From Candidatus Auribacterota bacterium (GTDB lineage: Bacteria; Auribacterota; UBA6266), in assembly GCA_023136205.1 (NCBI GenBank), contig JAGLRQ010000079.1, positions 1 to 32,000 of the forward strand: DNA of 32,000 bases, read 5' to 3'. The number at the start of each line of letters is the position of its first letter. Within the stretch, counting starts at the first letter, position 1. Position numbers and translations under genes: made by a program. The notes under the pieces are model-generated. The model searched no databases, was not told where the DNA came from, and worked only from the letters and a program-made list of their open reading frames with translations. Positions 1-8,896 of the stretch are shown here, one piece after another.

Positions 1-187
1 AAATTATTTATTCAGCACTGTTAGCTTTAAGAAAATCTCAAATCGGGTGCTGACCCCGATATAGATAGATATTATCATTATCATTTTACAAAAACAACTA
101 AATATAAAGGGAAACTTGCTGGAGTTTTGCAACCTGTGTTAATTAAATATTACAGCCATGTAACAGAAGAAGGCCAGGCAAAAGTAC

Positions 188-811
188 TTGAAGAGCGCAG
201 CGTTTGGTAATATGATGACGAAAAGTGAATTTATGTGGTGGAAAATGTCACAAAACTTTTTACACTTTAAAATTTCCAAAACAACGGCTTTTATCAGTTT
301 ATTCATAATTATTTCTGCCTCTTTTATGAGACAAGTACTGGAATTTATCCAGGCTTCCATCGGCAAAAGCGGCGTAACAATCTTGTTATGGTTACTGATA
401 ACAGCTGGGTGTATAACCGTTCTCGCATCCTATATAATAAAAAAACGCGTTTCTGTGATAAAGATTTCGGCGCTTGCTTTACTTCTCATAACGGGCCTGG
501 TTTTATCCTGGCAGATGAACGGGCCTATAGAAGAAAAGGTTCACATTTTAGAATATGCGGCTTTGGGCTGGTTAGCGACTAAAGACCTGATTAAGGTAAA
601 TAAAAAAATTACCGGCATTGTTTTAGCTTGTCTTTTTTGCGTTACGGTAGGTATTTCTGATGAGGCGTTTCAGGCCATTTTACCTTACCGTGTCTTCGAC
701 ATCCGGGATATTGTGTTAAATAGCCTGGCAACGCTTTGGGGCATACTCATATATCTGCTAAGCTACCTTTTACCCCCTCTTACAAAGAAAAACACTAATG
801 CCATAATGTAA
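188..811 (+). CDS. VanZ-like integral membrane protein
   Basis: Several hydrophobic helices. C-terminal signature ISDEAFQAILPYRVFDIRDIVLNSLATLWG matches the VanZ-family D-E-x-x-Q...P-x-R...D...N..G pattern. The start is uncertain: TTG at 188, or ATGs at about 212. Confidence 0.6.
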   Translation: MKSAAFGNMMTKSEFMWWKMSQNFLHFKISKTTAFISLFIIISASFMRQVLEFIQASIGKSGVTILLWLLITAGCITVLASYIIKKRVSVIKISALALLLITGLVLSWQMNGPIEEKVHILEYAALGWLATKDLIKVNKKITGIVLACLFCVTVGISDEAFQAILPYRVFDIRDIVLNSLATLWGILIYLLSYLLPPLTKKNTNAIM

Positions 812-950
812 TCGATCACAAAACTACAAAAGCATTCTTTTAATACGATTTTATCTTAGTTGAAATTTTATAACATTTTTATTGTAAGCCGTCCAAAGAC
901 GGCATATAATTGTGTGCATATTCATTAGGTAAGTTGGGGGAAATGCCAAA

Positions 951-1328
951 ATGAAACCGGAAAAACAACCTAAACTAGTTGTTAAGGGAAAACGGAAAAT
1001 TAGCCGCTTGAAAGTAAAGAGCACAATCAAGCTCCATGAGGAAACAGCATTTGCAAGTCAAAATCCGCTAAATGTTAAAATATTCGACATTTCAGAGTTG
1101 GGCGCCAAAATAGTATCCTACAGAGAAATTAAAAAGAACAAAAACGTTACTCTTCATTTTCAATCAAAAGATATGCTTAAGTCCATTGAAATAAAAGGTG
1201 CCATATGCTGGACAAGATCTATAAAAACAAAGGACCAATCTTTCGCTCTTGCCGGAATAAAATTTAAAAAAGTCAACCCTAAGATTTTCGAAAGAGTAGC
1301 AACAATATTAATTACACGCACGATATAA
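951..1328 (+). CDS. PilZ-domain protein (c-di-GMP binding type)
   Basis: RKISR (RxxxR) followed by DISELGAKI (DxSxxG), in a protein of the right size (125 aa). GGGGGA lies upstream of the ATG. Confidence 0.65.
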   Translation: MKPEKQPKLVVKGKRKISRLKVKSTIKLHEETAFASQNPLNVKIFDISELGAKIVSYREIKKNKNVTLHFQSKDMLKSIEIKGAICWTRSIKTKDQSFALAGIKFKKVNPKIFERVATILITRTI

Positions 1329-1419
1329 TTTAACCGGAAAAATTATCTTTTTCCAATTTAATCCCCTTGAAATTATTTTAATATCGTGGTAGTTTATTGC
1401 GCTTGAAAAAGTCATTCGC

Positions 1420-1507
1420 GGAGGAGTGGCAGAGTGGTCGATCGCGGCGGTCTTGAAAACCGTTGTCCTTAACAGGACCGTGGGTTCAAATCCTACCTCC
1501 TCCGCCA
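1420..1507 (+). tRNA. tRNA-Ser (anticodon UGA), type II with long variable arm, CCA encoded
   Basis: Acceptor GGAGGAG/CTCCTCC. Anticodon loop CTTGAAA (TGA). Variable-arm hairpin GTCC-TTAACA-GGAC. T arm GTGGG-TTCAAAT-CCTAC. Discriminator G followed by CCA at 1505-1507. Confidence 0.9.
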
Positions 1508-3169
1508 TTGCAACCAATTCGAACCTTTGTGTTTCTCATCCAGGAGCGCAAGGGTTTGAATTTTTGTATGTGCCACATAGGAAGGTTTAAACTTCTTCTC
1601 TCCATTGCTTACAATATAATAAAAATCAGAATTCTTATCTGTTACAGGCTCAAGCTTGATAGTACCAAGGATTTCTTTCAACGCCAATGCGGAGGAAGTG
1701 GTGTTCTTGCTCAAAGTCTCATGCAACCTGTCAAGCCGGTGATTTATCCATTCCTTCGGCGGGGATTTAAAGGTATTATCTTTTTGATATTCCAGAGATT
1801 TTAATTCATCCTTTAAAGTTTTACTTTTTGATTCAGCTTCCTTCAACGCCTCTGAAACAGCACTTGAGAAATTGCCCACTTTAATGTAATTAAGGTAATT
1901 TTGTATTTCCAAAAACACTTTATCATGTTGAGATTTCTTTTTCTTAATAAGTTCAGGTGTTTTATTAAGCCCTTTTGATACAAGCTTCTCCAACTTCTTA
2001 TAAACACATTCCAGATTCTGATGCGTTAATATCTTTCCTTTTAATTCTGATATTATGGTTTGTTCTACACGATTCCGGGGAACTAAGAGCGTGTTATCAC
2101 AGGTTTTTCTCTTTGCATTATAGCAGCCATAGTAACCACTTCCCTTCCCTCCTACAAGAACAACAGCCCCACCACAGGAATTGCACTTCAAAAGCCCCGC
2201 AAGCAGGTGCGTGGGACTGGCTTTAACATAGCTTTTTTGTTTTATATTACTTTTTTTCCTAACTGGCCAGGCGCCCTCAAGCTCTTGCCATCTTTTCTGA
2301 GCCTTTTCCCAAGTTTCCTTATCAATAATTACCAAATCTTCTTTGAAAACAGGCATTTGCTCTTTTTCTGCGCGGGGAACTTTCTTTACTTTCCCTGTCA
2401 TAGGGTCTCTGACATTTTTCCATTTTCTCCATACCCAGAGTCCCATATATTTCTCATTTTTTAAGATTCTGCTCACGGTTGAAATATTCCACCCTCCGAT
2501 ATATCCTTTCTTAGTTGGTGTCTTATCACTGTTAAGATCCCTTACAATCCTGTTTATGCTTTTACCCTCTATAAACTCCTTAAATATCCTCTTAACAATA
2601 TCCGCTTCATCGGGATTTATTTTATGAACCATCCCCTCGTATTTGGGGTTACCTTTTTTATTTAACTTGAGCTCTCCGAAAGGATGACTGCTATATCCAT
2701 AAACATTTTCTCCCGTGCTAAAACCCCTTAGTTTCTGCCCTTCCAGGCCTCTCATGGTCTTTTTCTTAAGGTCATCAAGGTATAACTCATTTATAAATCC
2801 CCGAATATGAATCCCCAGCTTTGAGTTCTCATCATCAGTAATAATCCCGTCTGACACAGATATAAGTTTAATCTGGAGATAGTTAAACTTCATAACCAGT
2901 GTAAGCATCTGGTGATTGCTTCTTGACAGCCTCGATAAATCATCAACAGCCACCGCATCAAATTCCTTATTCTCAGCAGCCTTTTCCAGTGCCTGAAGAG
3001 CAGGCCGATTGACAATAGACCCGGAAATAGCCTCATCAATGTAAATATGCCTCTCTTCTACGGTCATCTTATTTTCTTTGATATACTTCTTACAGACCCT
3101 AATCTGATCATCAATGCTTTTCTCGCTTTGATTCTCAGAAGAATACCGCGCGTAAATTGCAACTTTCAT
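1493..3169 (-). CDS. Large serine recombinase (resolvase catalytic domain + recombinase domain + zinc ribbon/coiled coil)
   Basis: MKVAIYARYSSENQ...SIDDQ catalytic-Ser motif. Recombinase-domain block GWNISTVSRILKNEKYMG. Zn ribbon CNSCGG...GCYNAKRKTC. GAGGA lies upstream of the ATG at 3169 (the track ORF extends to 3196). The stop codon lies inside the tRNA gene. Confidence 0.9.
   Translation of the reverse strand: MKVAIYARYSSENQSEKSIDDQIRVCKKYIKENKMTVEERHIYIDEAISGSIVNRPALQALEKAAENKEFDAVAVDDLSRLSRSNHQMLTLVMKFNYLQIKLISVSDGIITDDENSKLGIHIRGFINELYLDDLKKKTMRGLEGQKLRGFSTGENVYGYSSHPFGELKLNKKGNPKYEGMVHKINPDEADIVKRIFKEFIEGKSINRIVRDLNSDKTPTKKGYIGGWNISTVSRILKNEKYMGLWVWRKWKNVRDPMTGKVKKVPRAEKEQMPVFKEDLVIIDKETWEKAQKRWQELEGAWPVRKKSNIKQKSYVKASPTHLLAGLLKCNSCGGAVVLVGGKGSGYYGCYNAKRKTCDNTLLVPRNRVEQTIISELKGKILTHQNLECVYKKLEKLVSKGLNKTPELIKKKKSQHDKVFLEIQNYLNYIKVGNFSSAVSEALKEAESKSKTLKDELKSLEYQKDNTFKSPPKEWINHRLDRLHETLSKNTTSSALALKEILGTIKLEPVTDKNSDFYYIVSNGEKKFKPSYVAHTKIQTLALLDEKHKGSNWLQWRRR
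1501..1528. repeat. attL: left copy of island direct repeat (TCCGCCATTGCAACCAATTCGAACCTTT)
   Basis: 25/28 identical to 18685-18712. The first 7 nt are the tRNA 3' end. Similarity stops abruptly to the left of T1501. Confidence 0.7.
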
Positions 3170-3301
3170 TTTTTGTTGTCCTCTAAATAAGACCATACCT
3201 TACGGAACAATAGTGACGTAAGTTATCTGGTCGAATTTATCCCGAAGCTTAAGTTAAAATTATCGCAAGAAAATTTTAGCTTGTTTAAGCAAGGGGCATT
3301 T

Positions 3302-3502
3302 CTAGTTTTCATCAATTCCTTTGACCGTAAAAACATCAGGATTTTTCATAACTGTTTCAATATATTCATCCGCCAGAATAGAAGAAATGACATCCAGAAG
3401 ATTTTGAATGCCGGGATTGTCTTCCCAGGAAAAATTTTCCTTCGGAATTTCTTTCAGGCAATCTTTCTTTTTCTCTTGCGCCAGTATGCTCTCGCTACTC
3501 AT
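3302..3502 (-). CDS. Small acidic hypothetical protein upstream of the recombinase
   Basis: 66-aa ORF co-oriented with the LSR and divergent from the XRE gene. No recognisable motif. Confidence 0.35.
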   Translation of the reverse strand: MSSESILAQEKKKDCLKEIPKENFSWEDNPGIQNLLDVISSILADEYIETVMKNPDVFTVKGIDEN

Positions 3503-3645
3503 TAGAAAACCTTGCTTTTATGACTGTTTAGGTATATATTACCAATTTAAGGCACTACTCAATGAACCGCAATACGACTATAATATACCTAATATGGCAG
3601 GTTGTGTCAAGAACTTTTTTATATTTTTAAAAGAGGCAGATTATT

Positions 3646-3849
3646 ATGGATACCAAAAAGTTTGGCAAAAAAATCAAACTGGCCCGGGTAGAACAAGACC
3701 TGAACCAAACCCAGCTTGCCCGGAAAATTGGTGTCAAACAAAAAAGTATTTCCCGTTACGAAACCGGGGCGTCTATGCCATCAATTGAAACCCTGGTTAA
3801 AATTGCTAAGGTATTGAAAAAGTCGGCAGGGTATTTTCTGGATGGATAA
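3646..3849 (+). CDS. XRE-family (HTH_3) transcriptional regulator
   Basis: LNQTQLARKIGVKQKSISRYETGASMPSIETLVKIAKVL is a classic Cro/C1 HTH. AGAGG-type RBS region upstream. Confidence 0.85.
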   Translation: MDTKKFGKKIKLARVEQDLNQTQLARKIGVKQKSISRYETGASMPSIETLVKIAKVLKKSAGYFLDG

Positions 3850-3886
3850 AAAAATATCGTTTATATTTCCGAAAAAGAGGTTCTGA

Positions 3887-5477
3887 ATGAAAAAGATATC
3901 TGAACTTAATCTAGGATTCAACGATGCAGAGAATTATCACAGGAGAGAAAACAAAGACTTATTTAATACAATTTTTATCAAGAACATTTTTTTTGATAAA
4001 ATATTACAACCAAGCACCTTTTTTCTTATCGGCGAGAAAGGCACAGGAAAAACAGCATACGCTGTTTACCTAAACAACAATGTACATTTTGATACACTAT
4101 CTGAACTTAAATACATTAGAGAAACAGATTACCAAAAATTTGTAACATTAAAAAAAAAATAAACATCTTCAGTTATCTGATTATTCTAGTATTTGGAAAG
4201 TTATTATATTGCTTCTATTGGCCAAAAGCGTTGAAAGCGATGAGTTAGATCATGGCCCCTTTGCCAAGAATAAAAGAATTAACGCATTAATGAAAGCAAT
4301 AGATGAATATTATGCAAACGCATTTGCTCCAGAAATCATCTATGCGCTAGATTTAGTAGAAAATTCAAAAACAGCTGCAGAATTAATAACCAAATACCTA
4401 AAACTAATAGGGGAGAAAACAGTTAGTACCAGTTTTCACGAATCTAAATTCCAAGTAAACCTTTTATATATCCAAAATCAATTTGAAAAGGCATTATATG
4501 ATATAAAGATTAAGAAAAATCATGTTTTATTTATAGATGGAATAGATATACGACCTGGAGTTATACCATATAAAGATTATCTAGAATGTGTGAAGGGACT
4601 AGCTAATGCGGTGTGGAGTTTAAATAATGACTTTTTCCCGAAAATCAGAGATTCAAAAGGTAGATTCCGAACAGTTTTATTGTTGCGACCTGATATTTTT
4701 AATACACTTGGTCTACAAAATCAAACTAATAAAGTGAGGGATAACTCTGTTTTTCTTGATTGGCGTACAACTTACCCTGAGTATAGCAATTCTAGCATTT
4801 TTGAATTATCAGATAAACTGTTAGCAGCACAACAAAATACGGAATTAAAATTGGGTGAAGCATGGAATTATTATTTTCCTTGGCAATCAAGACCAACTAG
4901 CCCTGAAAGATTCTTCGACCCATCATTTTTTAAATTTCTTAGACTTTCTTATTCAAGGCCCAGAGATATAGTTACAATGATCCAAATATTGCAAGAAACA
5001 ACTATCGAAAATCACAAAAAATCACAAAAAACTTTTGATGAAAAAGCCCTCGATAGCAACGATTTTCGCAATAAATATTCTGAATATTTAATGGGTGGCA
5101 TTAAGGATCAATTATCCTTTTATTACTCATCTAAAGATTATGAAATGTTTCTTAAATTCTTTAATTATTTAAACGGGAAAGGTGCATTTGATTATAAGGA
5201 ATATATCTCAGCATATAACTTATTTACTGATTATATATTACATAATCACACCGATATTCCTGAATTTGTTGAAACACCAGATACTTTTTTGCAATTTTTA
5301 TACGACACAAATATTATATGTTATATTGAAATTTTAGAAGGGAAAACCTTATTTAGATGGTGTTATAGAGAAAGGAGTCCCTCCAACATATCTCCTAAAG
5401 TAAAGCTTAATGTCCATTATAATGTCCATTATGGCCTGATGAAAGCCTTGAATCTCGGATTCAAGAAAACAGAATAA
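3887..5477 (+). pseudogene. P-loop NTPase (about 529 aa if restored), interrupted by a +1 frameshift in an A10 run
   Basis: Walker A GEKGTGKT; Walker-B-like HVLFIDGID. ORF 3887-4162 stops at TAA just after A10 (4150-4159). The frame of ORF 4209-5477 is open back to 4152. Removing one A joins them as ...FVTLKKNKHLQLSDYSSIWKVIILLLLAK... Confidence 0.65.
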
Positions 5478-5572
5478 GCAAAATTTTTCTATCAAACTAT
5501 TTTAAAAAGCTACAAATTCTTTTTAAAATACAAGGATTTTTTCACTCAATAAATTTCTGCTACAATAACCAC

Positions 5573-5773
5573 ATGAAAAAGCGAACCCTCTTAATAATCA
5601 CTTTAGTATGCTGCCTCTTAACCGGATATGCTTTTTCTTCAGATGTAACTGACCTTTCCGGGAAGAAATATTTCCCAGCAGTAAAGGAAGCCATAGATAA
5701 TTCAGAGAAATCTATATTTATGGTTGTGTATATTGTGGACTTTGATGAAAGGGTGATGAGCGACAATTATAAT
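5573..5773 (+). pseudogene. 5' fragment of a secreted PLD/Nuc-like gene, truncated by the IS
   Basis: Signal-peptide-like N-terminus followed by YFPAVKEAIDNSEKSIFMVVYIV, which resembles the first conserved block of Nuc-type PLD proteins. The reading frame runs into the IS end. Confidence 0.4.
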
Positions 5774-7398
5774 TACCAGTCTCATTGCCTCAAGAAGAAA
5801 TGTTACCATTAGTTACAACCTGCGTCTACACCAATTGGGGCAACTACTGCCTGTCCAATATTTTTATCTAAACATGAATACACTAACTGCTTTGCCATAA
5901 TCTGCCTCCACTCCTGAACTCGCCGTTGCAGAGTTCTCAATTGACCATCTGTGAATTTTCCAGGATGATCTTTCTGAAGCCGTTCAAATAACAATTTAGC
6001 AGTAGTATCAGGTTCACTTTGTAGCCATTGGAGTACATCGGGCCAAACTTTTTCGAATGGATTTTTCCGCGTTCTCCAATAATGAGGTTTTGTTATAGTT
6101 TTTTGATGTGTTGGACGCACCTCGCCAGAATGCCAGAGTTGTGGTAGTTGTGCAAGAAATTGCTCTAAGCTATTTCGACCCGGGCCAGTGGATTCATTCG
6201 GAGAAACCAAAGCAGCTAATGCGGCTTGGTCGTCTCGTATACGATGTAGTAAATACACGGGGTCAAGTTCTTTGCGCTGCAATTGGAGTTTTTCCTTTGT
6301 TGATTGCATGACAGTAGGGTTGTTACACAAACGCTCACAAGGTGTCATCGGTTTGTCATACAATCGCTTGACCTTGGATCCTTCTCGCTTCTTTTCTCGC
6401 AATTTGAAGGAAGGCTGGTAATAATTTACATAAAACCTAACCGCTCGGTATAGATGAGCAAGTGCTTGACCGGCTACGACTCCTGAAAAACGCTCATATC
6501 CAACAAACCGCCGTATCACCGCCCCATTCTTTTGTTCGATCCAAGCTTGGTCATTTGGGCAAGACGGTCGTGATCGAGTAAAGTCAATGCTATGATTTTT
6601 GCAATATGAAAGTAGCGTATCGTTGATAAAAGCACTATCGTTATCAGAGTCGATTCTTAGAATGGGAAATGGTAGTTGCTGTCGCAGTACCTCAAGTCCC
6701 TCCACCACAAGGGATTGTTCTCTCGCCAGAAGCGGAATACACTCGACCCAACCTGAATATATATCTGTTGCAACAAGGCTGTGGATAAAAGAACCGGCCA
6801 TGGATCCGCCACCGTGCACCACAAAATCGATTTCTAAATATCCTGGAGATGGTTCATTCCAATCTGCAAATGTATGGACAGGCACTTGCGCACTGACTTT
6901 ATTTGGCTTTCGGCGACGTTTTCTACGTGAACATCCCTGTTTCCGAACATCCGAAAGCAACCGGTCGAGAGTTGCTGCGCTGGCTAAAAGTAGTCGTCGC
7001 CTCACCTCTGGGTCGAGTTCTATATGACCGTGACGTTCCATCGCATCCACTAAATTAGGCAATATAGCCTTTAGTCTCTTACCGCAAATTCGATCTGCGA
7101 CTTCCCAAGTAACAATTAATGCTTCTCTCACAGCTTCGTTGTAAATGCGTCTGCTTTTGGTAGGTTTATTATCAAAGCCTGCCAGATTTCTGTTTCCAAG
7201 CAGGCGAGTAGCGTGTTTTCGGTGATATCCGGCAACCGCAACAAACTCGTCCAATATCCTCGCCTTTTCATTTTTTGGAGCCTTTATATAACGATTTCTC
7301 AGGACTTCCAAGAGTTCATTTCTTGTATGCTTACTAATTTTTTTCCCCATTTTTTGCCTCCTGATTTTGGTAACATTATCATGAGGCAACGACTGGCA
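5774..7398 (-). mobile_element. IS element (about 1.6 kb) with imperfect terminal inverted repeats
   Basis: Left end TACCAGTC..TTGCCTCA..AATGTTACCA versus the reverse complement of the right end TGCCAGTC..TTGCCTCA..AATGTTACCA. A single rve-type transposase fills the element. Its GC content is clearly higher than the surrounding island. Confidence 0.7.
5809..7350 (-). CDS. DDE (rve/integrase-core) transposase; IS family not resolved by eye (ISNCY/IS481-like)
   Basis: N-terminal HTH region (ILDEFVAVAGYHRKHATRLL). Catalytic core LEIDFV...IDSDNDSAF...NDQAWIEQKNG. A strong AGGAGG lies 6 nt upstream of the ATG at 7350; the track ORF starts at 7389. Confidence 0.85.
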   Translation of the reverse strand: MGKKISKHTRNELLEVLRNRYIKAPKNEKARILDEFVAVAGYHRKHATRLLGNRNLAGFDNKPTKSRRIYNEAVREALIVTWEVADRICGKRLKAILPNLVDAMERHGHIELDPEVRRRLLLASAATLDRLLSDVRKQGCSRRKRRRKPNKVSAQVPVHTFADWNEPSPGYLEIDFVVHGGGSMAGSFIHSLVATDIYSGWVECIPLLAREQSLVVEGLEVLRQQLPFPILRIDSDNDSAFINDTLLSYCKNHSIDFTRSRPSCPNDQAWIEQKNGAVIRRFVGYERFSGVVAGQALAHLYRAVRFYVNYYQPSFKLREKKREGSKVKRLYDKPMTPCERLCNNPTVMQSTKEKLQLQRKELDPVYLLHRIRDDQAALAALVSPNESTGPGRNSLEQFLAQLPQLWHSGEVRPTHQKTITKPHYWRTRKNPFEKVWPDVLQWLQSEPDTTAKLLFERLQKDHPGKFTDGQLRTLQRRVQEWRQIMAKQLVYSCLDKNIGQAVVAPIGVDAGCN

Positions 7399-7399
7399 C

Positions 7400-7966
7400 T
7401 TGGCAACAAAAGTTATGAGTCAAGGCGATGATGAGATTGTTATCATAGGAAGCACAAACTGGTCTAATTCAGCCTTAAGAAGAAACAACGAAACCTCTGC
7501 CCTTATAAAATCCAAGGAGCTGGCAAAATCTCTTCTTACAAACTTCTTCCATATCGCCATTGATTATGAGGCAAGTAAATCAATTCATCAAAAAGCTTCT
7601 CCCCTTGCAATATGCAGATATTTTTTGGAAGACTCCGATCTGGCAGGTAGAATGATGACTTCCCGCGATGAAAGAGCCTTTGATGTATATCTCTTGCTCC
7701 TGAAAGATAACCTTGCAGAGTCAGGGTTTAACTATAACAAGATAGCCTTGCAATTGGGTTTAGACAAGAAAATGGCTGTGAATGACTATAGAAGACAGAT
7801 CAACAAGACCTTAAGAAAGCTTGAGAGCCAATACAACTTAACGGACGAGTACGGAAAAGAGCAAGTCCCAGAGGCATTTGATATAGTTTCCCAAAAGGCG
7901 ATAGACAATCCCAGAAAAACTTATAAATATGTCGTGGGGATTTTGAGAAATGCTGCAGTCCCCTGA
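7400..7966 (+). pseudogene. 3' fragment of PLD-like gene (HKD-motif tail) with a C-terminal helical/wHTH-like extension
   Basis: DDEIVIIGSTNWSNSALRRNNETSALI matches the D(x)6GSxN...N.E half of the PLD HKD motif. No canonical HxK remains, and there is no proper start. Confidence 0.55.
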
Positions 7967-8055
7967 AATAAGTATTGTGTTTCCGAAATTCCTTTTAGAA
8001 GGCGGAGAAATGCTTGATCTATGTTAAGATGTTTCTATAAAATGAATTATGTATT

Positions 8056-8217
8056 ATGAATAACAAAAAACCCGGACTCATAGAACGATTCTTTGCCTGG
8101 TTGTTTGAGCTAGTGAATGATATTGTTGAAGATGCAACCGACTCAATAGCTGAGAAAGTAGTGGGAAAAATGAAAGAAGAGCAGTTTTTGGAAGGAAAAG
8201 ATAAGGAAAACGAATAG
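8056..8217 (+). CDS. Possible small ORF (53 aa, acidic), absent from the supplied track
   Basis: ATG 8056 to TAG 8215-8217 (MNNKKPGLIERFFAWLFELVNDIVEDATDS...), just upstream of the sce7726-like gene. No clear RBS. Confidence 0.2.
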   Translation: MNNKKPGLIERFFAWLFELVNDIVEDATDSIAEKVVGKMKEEQFLEGKDKENE

Positions 8218-8263
8218 AAAATAGGTGTCCGTCTATCATTTCACTCATTTTGTCAAAAATATC

Positions 8264-8896
8264 ATGGATAAAGCAGAGCAAATTAAAACTGAAGCTATCA
8301 AATGGTTACTTAAAGGAAATTTATCCTTTAAATCCAACAGGGATGCGATTGGGACAGAAGTCCTTTTTTCTGTAAAGAGGAGAAAGGCTGATTTACTAAT
8401 TCTTTCTACCAATACCCATGCAATTGAAATAAAGAGCGATTTCGACAAGCTTGACAAATTAAAAACGCAATTACAAGATTACTACAATTCATTTGATAAA
8501 GTATCGGTCATAACTACCCTGAGACATGTTTGCAATATTAAAAAAGTTTTATCCCCAAAGGCTGGCTTAATTATTTTTGATAATGCATCTTTCAAAGTTT
8601 TAAGAAAAGCAAAGCGACAAAAACGATTAAACAAAAGCTCATTATTAATGTTCCTGCCAAAAGATGAATTAACCAAAATATATAGGGCACCAAGAGGTCA
8701 ACGACTTTCCGTAACAGAAATACGTATGAGGATTAAGAACCAATTAAATGCGGACGAAATCAGGGAAAAAGCTTTCTCGCATTTAAAAAAACGATACAGA
8801 AAGCTTTTTGAATTATTCCTACATGATACCGCTGGCATTATAATCTGGGATGAGCTTCGGGGGTTATCTGGTAAGATCAATAAGTTGCATGGTTAA
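8264..8896 (+). CDS. sce7726/MmcB-like protein (PD-(D/E)xK nuclease fold)
   Basis: GTEVLFSVKRRKADLLILSTNTHAIEIKSDFDKLDKLKTQLQDYYNSFDKVSVITT fits the E...(R/K)ADL...EIKS.D....L..Q...Y...FD pattern of that family. Start taken at the ATG at 8264; the track starts at 8225. Confidence 0.55.
   Translation: MDKAEQIKTEAIKWLLKGNLSFKSNRDAIGTEVLFSVKRRKADLLILSTNTHAIEIKSDFDKLDKLKTQLQDYYNSFDKVSVITTLRHVCNIKKVLSPKAGLIIFDNASFKVLRKAKRQKRLNKSSLLMFLPKDELTKIYRAPRGQRLSVTEIRMRIKNQLNADEIREKAFSHLKKRYRKLFELFLHDTAGIIIWDELRGLSGKINKLHG

Noticed and set aside
42-60. Hairpin ATCGGG-TGCTGAC-CCCGAT near the window start
   Set aside because: There is no adjacent gene context within the window and only a weak T-tract, so it cannot be interpreted.
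888-903. Hairpin GCCGTC-CAAA-GACGGC after the VanZ-like gene
   Set aside because: No U-tract follows on either strand, so the evidence for a terminator is insufficient.
1308-1517. 69-aa minus-strand ORF (…VGFEPTVLLRTTVFKTAAIDHSATPP…) overlapping the tRNA
   Set aside because: It is the antisense translation of tRNA-Ser, a classic artefact. The region is explained by the tRNA.
1463-2627. Plus-strand track ORFs 1463-1804, 1975-2226, 2207-2464 and 2343-2627
   Set aside because: All lie antisense inside the well-supported serine recombinase gene and have low-complexity, motif-free translations.
5753-7419. GTGATGAG (left, 5753-5760) and GTTATGAG (right, 7412-7419), both encoding VMS, as a possible target-site duplication of the IS
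   Set aside because: They are imperfect and each lies 13 nt away from the inverted-repeat termini. The intervening 13-mers are not inverted repeats of each other, so this is most likely coincidence.
6108-7431. Plus-strand ORFs 6108-6311, 6188-6421, 6599-7027 and 7213-7431 inside the IS
   Set aside because: They are antisense to the transposase, whose DDE motifs and RBS are clear. Long shadow ORFs are expected in this higher-GC segment.
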